A DNA stretch of 61,144 nucleotides, the filler included, from Basidioascus undulatus (Eukaryota): NCBI GenBank assembly GCA_000826855.1. It is 8 parts of 8 records of this genome, joined end to end, with 100 filler letters (N's around TTAATTAATTAA, not from the genome) between each part and the next. Parts side by side here need not be neighbours in the genome. Positions count along the whole stretch, not along the records: positions 53,601 to 61,144 come from JTLS01001532.1; 7 more parts are not named here. One strand, written 5' to 3'. The position numbers and the translations under genes were made by a program. The notes under the pieces were generated by a model. That model had not been told where the DNA came from, made no database searches, and worked only from the letters and a program-made list of their open reading frames with translations. This document shows positions 54,831 to 61,144 of this stretch, piece after piece; position 1 is the stretch's first letter, and every line of letters begins with the position of its first letter.

Positions 54831-55331
54831 GATATGGTCAGAGAAACTTTCAGAGAATTTGGAGGTACGGAACCGTCTCTGCATCATACCCCTTCCGTTT
54901 CAATGCCCCATCCCCCTCTTTACTGTAGTCCTAGTTCGTTGCGTATCGTCTTTGGACGCTACATACGCGGAAAACAAGAGTATAATATGCCACAACGTTT
55001 GTGCTCGAAGCGCAGTGCTCGCGGAACGTCCGAACGTTCAAGACTGCCCTCGCATGTCGCACAAATTACATAAGACCGGGTGCTGATCGCATAAGGCACC
55101 TTTGGAGGACTTTGGGAGCATGCATTGGTCATTTTCCGAGTACAGCTTCACCCAAATCATCCATCGTTCCACGAAAGCTGGCGAGGAACCTTGCATCATC
55201 CTCTTTTCCCTGTGCCTCCAAACCGCCCTTGGTGCCTTGATCGCCCCTGCCAACCTTCTCGATACCTTCAGCTCGACTTCCCTCCTCCTTCCACACCCAC
55301 TTCGTATTAATCTCTCAGATATCTATCCATC

Positions 55332-56952
55332 ATGTCCTACAGCAAGAACCCGCTCTGTACGCGTCTATCGTCCTCAACGCCACGAAACTGACGTCATTTA
55401 CCATCACGCTCACCACCCACAGACCAGCCGGGCTACCTGCCGCCCAAGCAGACCATCGACCAGCCCGGCAAGCAGGGCGAGCTCAAGCAGGAGCCGCTCA
55501 TTGATGAGCTGCCGTCCGGGAAGTACAAGCCCGCGGGCAAGCTTGAGGGGAAGGTCGCGATCGTTACGGGCGGCGATTCTGGTGCGTCGCTCGTTCCCAC
55601 TCGCAATCTGCACACCCCGGCGTACCTAGGCGGCTATGTTTTCGCAGGTATTGGCCGCAGCGTCGTCCTCCTCTTTGCGCTGGAGGGAGCGGACTCGACG
55701 ATCGTCTATTTACCGGAGGAGCAGAAGGTGCGTTTACTCGCAGTGTCCTGGGAAGCGAGGAACAGAACTTGGGCCGATTGAGGTTGGTTGGGATAGGATG
55801 CGGAGGCGACGAGGAAGATTGTGGAGGAGAAGACGGGCGGGAAGCGCAAGGTGCACTTGATTGCGAGGGACGTTCGCGGCAAGGGCGAGTTTGCGAAGAA
55901 GGTCGTCGACGAGACTCTGAAGGTCTTCGGCCATCTTGACATTGTGTGAGTCTACTTAAGCTATGTAGGTATTTTTTGCCCTGTTACTAAACAATTTTCA
56001 CAGCATCAACAATGCTGCGCAACAGAACGAGGTCGAAGACATCCGCGACCTCTCGGACGACGTACGGTTCCCCATTGCTTGTCTTCCAGAAACGAAGCTG
56101 ACTGGCACCAATCCAACGCAGCAATGGCTTGACACCTTCGACATAAACCTCCACCCGTAAGCAGATTCAGAGACAGTAGGATCAAGCCCAGTACCTATGC
56201 TGATCGTCTTCGCGCCGTGCAGCTACTTCTTCCTCATCAAGGCCGCGCTGCCGCATCTCCCGCCCGGTTCATCGATCATCAACGATGCGTCGATCAACCA
56301 CTACGTCGGACACCCGAAGCTCCTTGACTACAGCGCGACTAAGGGCGCCATCATCGCGTTCACCCGCGCGCTTAGTAACCAGATCGTGCAGAAGACTGGT
56401 GTCCGCGTCAACGGTCCGTTCCTACTCAATATATTGGTTTGAAAGAAAACTTCGCTGATATCTAATTCCTACAGCTGTTGCTCCGGGGCCAATCTGGTGC
56501 GTATAGGCTGGACTGACGATCACAAGATCAATATTAAACGCCCATCCTTCTCCCGGCTTGACAGGACTCCCCTCATGTGAGTATTACTCCACTTATCCCA
56601 CCCTCATTCTGATACTGACTTTGATTCCCAATGGACAGTCCGGCCACCATGGGCGACGACAGCAAGAACTCCTTCGGCGTGACCAGTACGCAACTATCCC
56701 TCGCCACGCAAAGCTAGCCGACAGCTGACCCTAGGTGTTTTTACTCAACAGCTCCCATCGGTCGCCCCGGCCAGCCCGTCGAGGTCGCAACCTCGTTCGT
56801 CTTCCTCGCCTCCGACGACTCGTCTTACATCTCCGGGCAGACGCTCCACCCCAACGGCGGCACTGGTGCGTTTCTCTCTGTGCTGTCGCTGCTCTGGTCC
56901 CTACGGGCCGCTGATGCTGATGGGTTGTGGTGGGACAGTCATAAATGGCTGA
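55332..56952 (+). CDS. Short-chain dehydrogenase/reductase (glucose/ribitol dehydrogenase, general-stress YdaD/YghA-like), copy 1, 11 introns
   Basis: GKLEGKVAIVTGGDSGIGRS, INNAAQQ, SSIINDASIN, LLDYSATKGAI (YxxxK), VRVNAVAPGPIWTPLIP, IGRPGQPVEVA, DSSYISGQTLHPNGG. Confidence 0.95.
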
Positions 56953-57326
56953 AAAGATATAACGCTACATGATGTAAATTTATGACTGAACGAAACTGCG
57001 GTTGACAATATCATGTGATATGTGCAACAAAAGTGCAGCGTGCGACCGCAGTCCGGTTCAACCTCGCGGCGGTGCTTATAAGAAAACTGGCCAGCGATCG
57101 TATGCCATTCTATGGCACAAGGGGAATGTAGAACGGCTGGGCGTCTGGGCGTCTCACAATCTGCGATTGTCTCCGCATCTTCGCAGGCGAGCAGCGCACA
57201 TCACGCTGAGCTCACTCTTTGCAGACTCCCGCTACTCTCTCGCTGGACCAATTCTTAGCCTGTTCTCGACCTGACCCTTGGTGTCAATCTTTCCGTCCTC
57301 CCACATATCCATTTCGCACTTGAAAC

Positions 57327-59247
57327 ATGTCCGACGATAAGCCATACTGTGAGTATTCCGTTCGACGACCCTGTATTGCATACGTTTAGCTTCTGCTCGG
57401 TTCAGACAAGCCCGGCTGGAACCCCCCCGTTCAGAAGCAAGGCCAGCAGCCGGGACTTGAAGCCAAGCTCACGGACAAGCCATACGTCGACTTGTTGCCG
57501 GACGGCCCATACCTGGCTGCAGGCAAGCTGAAGGGCAAGAAGGCCATCGTCACCGGTAAGCCGTCGCTTCGTCTACGGCGAGGCATGCTAACGAAGACCT
57601 CCACAGGCGGAGACAGCGGGTGGGCACAATGGCATTTGTCTGGGTTCTACATTACACTCTGAAAGTGACAGCTTGAGCACCACAGCATTGGTCGCGCAAC
57701 CGTGGTCCTGTTTGCGCTGGAGGGTGCAGACAGCGTCATCGTTCACCTGCCGGAGGAGGATGAGGTGTGTTGTTTCATTTGACATGGAGGACTTTCTCTC
57801 GTGGGTGAGCGTCCAGGCTTTGGAATGGGGTACTGGGGTAGGACGCGAAAGAGACAACCAAGATCGTCCAAGAGAAGACAAACGGAGCGAGGAAGGTCCA
57901 CCTCATCACGGCCGACGTGGGCGAGGAGGAGAACGCGAAGAAGGTTGTCGACGAGACTTTGAAGGTGCTTGGTGGACTGGACATCCTGTGAGTATTTAGG
58001 AGAGTGTGTGTCTTTGCTTTGAATGGCCTTGACCTTGGAGGAATCAGCGTCAACAATGCAGCGCAACAGCAGGAGAACTCGGACATCACAACACTACCGA
58101 CGGAGGTAAGTTCGAAGACTTACATGTACGTTGAAGGAGAACAACTCTCGACTCACACCTGCGTTCTCCCCTAGCAATGGCTCAAGTTCTTCGGGATCAA
58201 TATCCATTCTCAGTTCTACCTATCCCGCGTGAGCCCCACAAATTATCTTCGTAATCGTTCTCGCTCAGCCTCAAAGCTCTTTTGCTCAGGCTGCTATCCC
58301 ACACATGAAGCCCGGGAAGTGAACCCTCGACAATTTATGTGCAGCGGTCTGGCTAATAGAGGGCTCCTATGACTGTAGGGTCCGCTATCATCAACAACGC
58401 ATCAATCAACCCCTACATCGGCCACCCAAAGCTCGTGGACTACACGAGCACCAAGGGCGCGTATGTCGTCGACTTTTCTGCTGGCTGACCTGGCTTAACC
58501 CTCTGACATTGAGATGCAGGATCATCGCTTTCAGTAAACCGGCACCTGCTTCGGCATTTGAGATTACACTGGCTTATCGTAACGGACTTTTACAGCACGT
58601 GCTCTGTCCAACCAGATCATAGAGAAGCGCGGCATCCGGGTGAATGGTGCGTCCTGTTCATATCTTGATACTCTTGCGCTCTTGAAAAAGGTCTCGAGCG
58701 CTCTGGCGGACTTCTTCGCAGCCGTCTGTCCTGGCCCCATCTGGACGGTAAGGTTACACCACTTTCTGAGTTAAAGATCAAGGTGAGGCTCAAACAAGAG
58801 TTTCTGTAACCGCAGCCCCTCATTCCGGCTACGATGAGCGAGGAGAGCATCAAGTCATTCGGGCAGACGGGTAAGCGAGGCTCCCCCGCAGGATCTTTCA
58901 CCAGAGCAGCTGAACTGAGAGGTTTGAGCTCAGTGCCTATGAACAGGCCTGGGCAGGCCAGTCTTTAGTTTACTGGTCGTCCTCGGCAGTGTAGCATGCT
59001 AAACCAATCCTGACACTTTCCAGCCAGTCGAATGCGCCACCTGCTTCGTCTTCCTGTGAACCATCCTTAAACCAGTCAACGTGCATTTGTAGGATTGCTA
59101 ATATGCGTTTTTTCAGGGCGTCGAGCGACTCGTCCTACATTTCGGGGCAGTCGCTGTGAGTTTCAGCCCCGATTGTGCAGCTAAGAACTTCGCTGAGGAT
59201 GTGGGCCTTGTAGCCACCCTAACGGAGGGCGGGTCGTCAATGGCTAG
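57327..59247 (+). CDS. Short-chain dehydrogenase/reductase, tandem copy 2, 16 introns (one with an abnormal donor)
   Basis: GKLKGKKAIVTGGDSGIGRA, VNNAAQQ, LVDYTSTKGAI, IRVNAVCPGPIWTPLIP, SDSSYISGQSLHPNGG. TAG at 59245-59247. Confidence 0.9.
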
Positions 59248-59679
59248 AATTCCTAATAGTACGAGTATGTATCTAAAGGTTTACCGCTTGGAGCCAACCA
59301 TTCCACAGGCAGATATTATGCAAGCTTGGCCAGCTGCTCATTGCACTTGGAGATATTGTCATTCTGCCTAACGACGGATCCTCTACTTGCGTCTTGTGCC
59401 TTCCCAAGGGATCAGAGGCACCAATTTATCAACCATAATATGCAAAGCAGTGATTATAAAGTACAGCAGTACAGGTGCGGTAGGTAGTCAACGTTGGTAC
59501 AGGTACTGGAGCAGAGCGGGAAGCCGAAAGTGTAAGCCGAGATGACATTGTAATGGTACAACAAGTTCGCTCGGGTATATGTGGGGTGATTAGGACTCAG
59601 GATCTTAATGAAATACAGAGAGTACAGTGAAAGGGAAGAACAGAAGATGCACAGCTATAGGACGGGGTAATCTGACTAC

Positions 59680-60750
59680 TCGATGCTGAGGCTGACAAGG
59701 AGCGCGAGGGCCTCTTCGGTGAGGACGAGGATGTCGCCGAAACTGTAGAAGATTAAACGTGATTCAGGAGGTTACCGATGAGGTTTTGAATAGAAGGAAG
59801 GGAAGCAGGCGGCGCGGCAGACCCCATCGGGACCCTGGGTGAAGACGCCGTTCAGGATGTTGTTGATGAGGACCAGGAATGGGGCTCGATGCCGGTGCTG
59901 CGGGGGAAAACCATAGTAAAACATCAGTTCAAGACTATCAGAAGGAGCTCAGGTCAGACTTATTACACCAGCCCCCGACAGCGTTCCGGATGTAGTGAAG
60001 CTGCAAGACGGCGACGATGGCGGTGAGGTCGATCAGAGTGCCGGACCTGGGGAGCCAGAAGATTACAAGCGAGGAATGTGTAGGCAGAAAACATAGAAAA
60101 CACTGGGAGACACACGGGTTGCAGAAGTTCGGGCAGCACCCCTCGACCGGACCGCTGAGGAGCGCGAGCACGACGTCGACGCGCGGACATGCAAGCGTCA
60201 GCGCTGCCAACATGTCTGGACATAACATCCCAGGGACGTACCCGCTAATGAACTCCCCGTGCTCGTTATGGAAGTGCTGCAGGTTGATGAGGGCCGCGAA
60301 GAGCTCGAAGTTGAAAGGCGCACCGGATCTGTTGCGGTGAAAAGGCGTCGGCGAGCGTGAGGGGACGAGAGGGTCGAGCGCGAAGGACGCACGCGATGCT
60401 GCACCAAGTCCCCTCCGAGTACGAGCTGAAGTAGCCGGAAAGGAGGTACGCGAGGATTTCGATGTCGAGAATGTTGCCGTTCCTGTTGGAGAAAACCCGT
60501 CAGCCACTTCTCCCAAAGGCAGGACCGCGGAGGTGAACTGAGAAACGCACGAGTCGCTGTAGCACCCGCAGCCCTCCGTAGTCTCGGTAAGTAGCCCTGA
60601 ACGAGGTTGAGAGTCGCCTTGATGTCGTTGATGGAGAGACCGGCGCCCTGGCTGGGGATTGGGCCGGGGGTGAGATCGTCACCGCATCGGCGTCGTAGAT
60701 GTCGGACAATTCGACGGGAAAGTCGGGCTCCAAGTCGGGGGCGGGCGCCA
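59680..60750 (-). pseudogene. Hypothetical protein built from ~30-aa one-exon repeats, frameshifted
   Basis: Consecutive short exons with a related pattern (see findings). Frameshifts near 60590 and 59880. Boundaries are approximate. Confidence 0.55.
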
Positions 60751-61144
60751 GCCGTGTCGAGCGAGTGGATTTTGGATGCGACCGAGGGATGATTCTGACA
60801 CTCCTTTGTTCAGTCTCAACCGTCAGCCTCACTCGACTCTTCGCTCAGCCTGAAGTGCCAGACTGTCACCCAATTCAACAAAGAATGGTTTACTTTCTTT
60901 ACAGTAATCGAATACGTCCGCTCAGCCTCATCTCTCTCGCTCACTCCCCGCCGTGCAGCTTGCAGCGAGGAGTGAAGCGAGGATGCGTTGCTCGAAGGAA
61001 AGAGCATATAAAACCCGCTTCTGCTGGGTGGTAGTTTCTCAGTATCGCATCACATCGCATAGCATTTCTCCGGACCGTATCGCCCAAAGCACTTCGACGT
61101 CACCGTCAAAGGCCCTCGCATCGCCCTCGCACTCGCCCTCCCCG

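Overview
This is eukaryotic DNA from an intron-rich fungus, most likely a basidiomycete. It is not one locus. It consists of 8 unrelated contigs (7572, 7562, 7560, 7555, 7553, 7551, 7547 and 7544 bp, in descending size) joined by identical 100-bp N44-TTAATTAATTAA-N44 linkers. Genes that look intact: CHD1 remodeller (3'-truncated), a Zn2Cys6 transcription factor, an F-box protein, tRNA-Gly(TCC) with a 10-nt intron, an intronless OsmC/Ohr-family protein, HSP20, a MetR/CYS-3-like bZIP, two tandem SDRs, and several hypothetical membrane or secreted proteins. Many accessory genes carry frameshifts or stops (ZIP transporter, carotenoid/stilbene cleavage oxygenase, PGM-like phosphatase, secreted proteins). 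The most striking structure is the end of contig 2. There a hairpin-rich spacer with inverted telomere motifs leads into a piece of the 18S rRNA 5' end that is split by a 54-nt insert and capped directly by a (TTAGG)n telomere-like array, about 0.73 kb from a transcription factor stop codon. Other leads are a candidate peptide uORF, a protein built from one repeat per exon, and a small paralogous 'YSxxMHDF' family. Exon models were made by eye, and family calls come from recalled motifs, not database searches.
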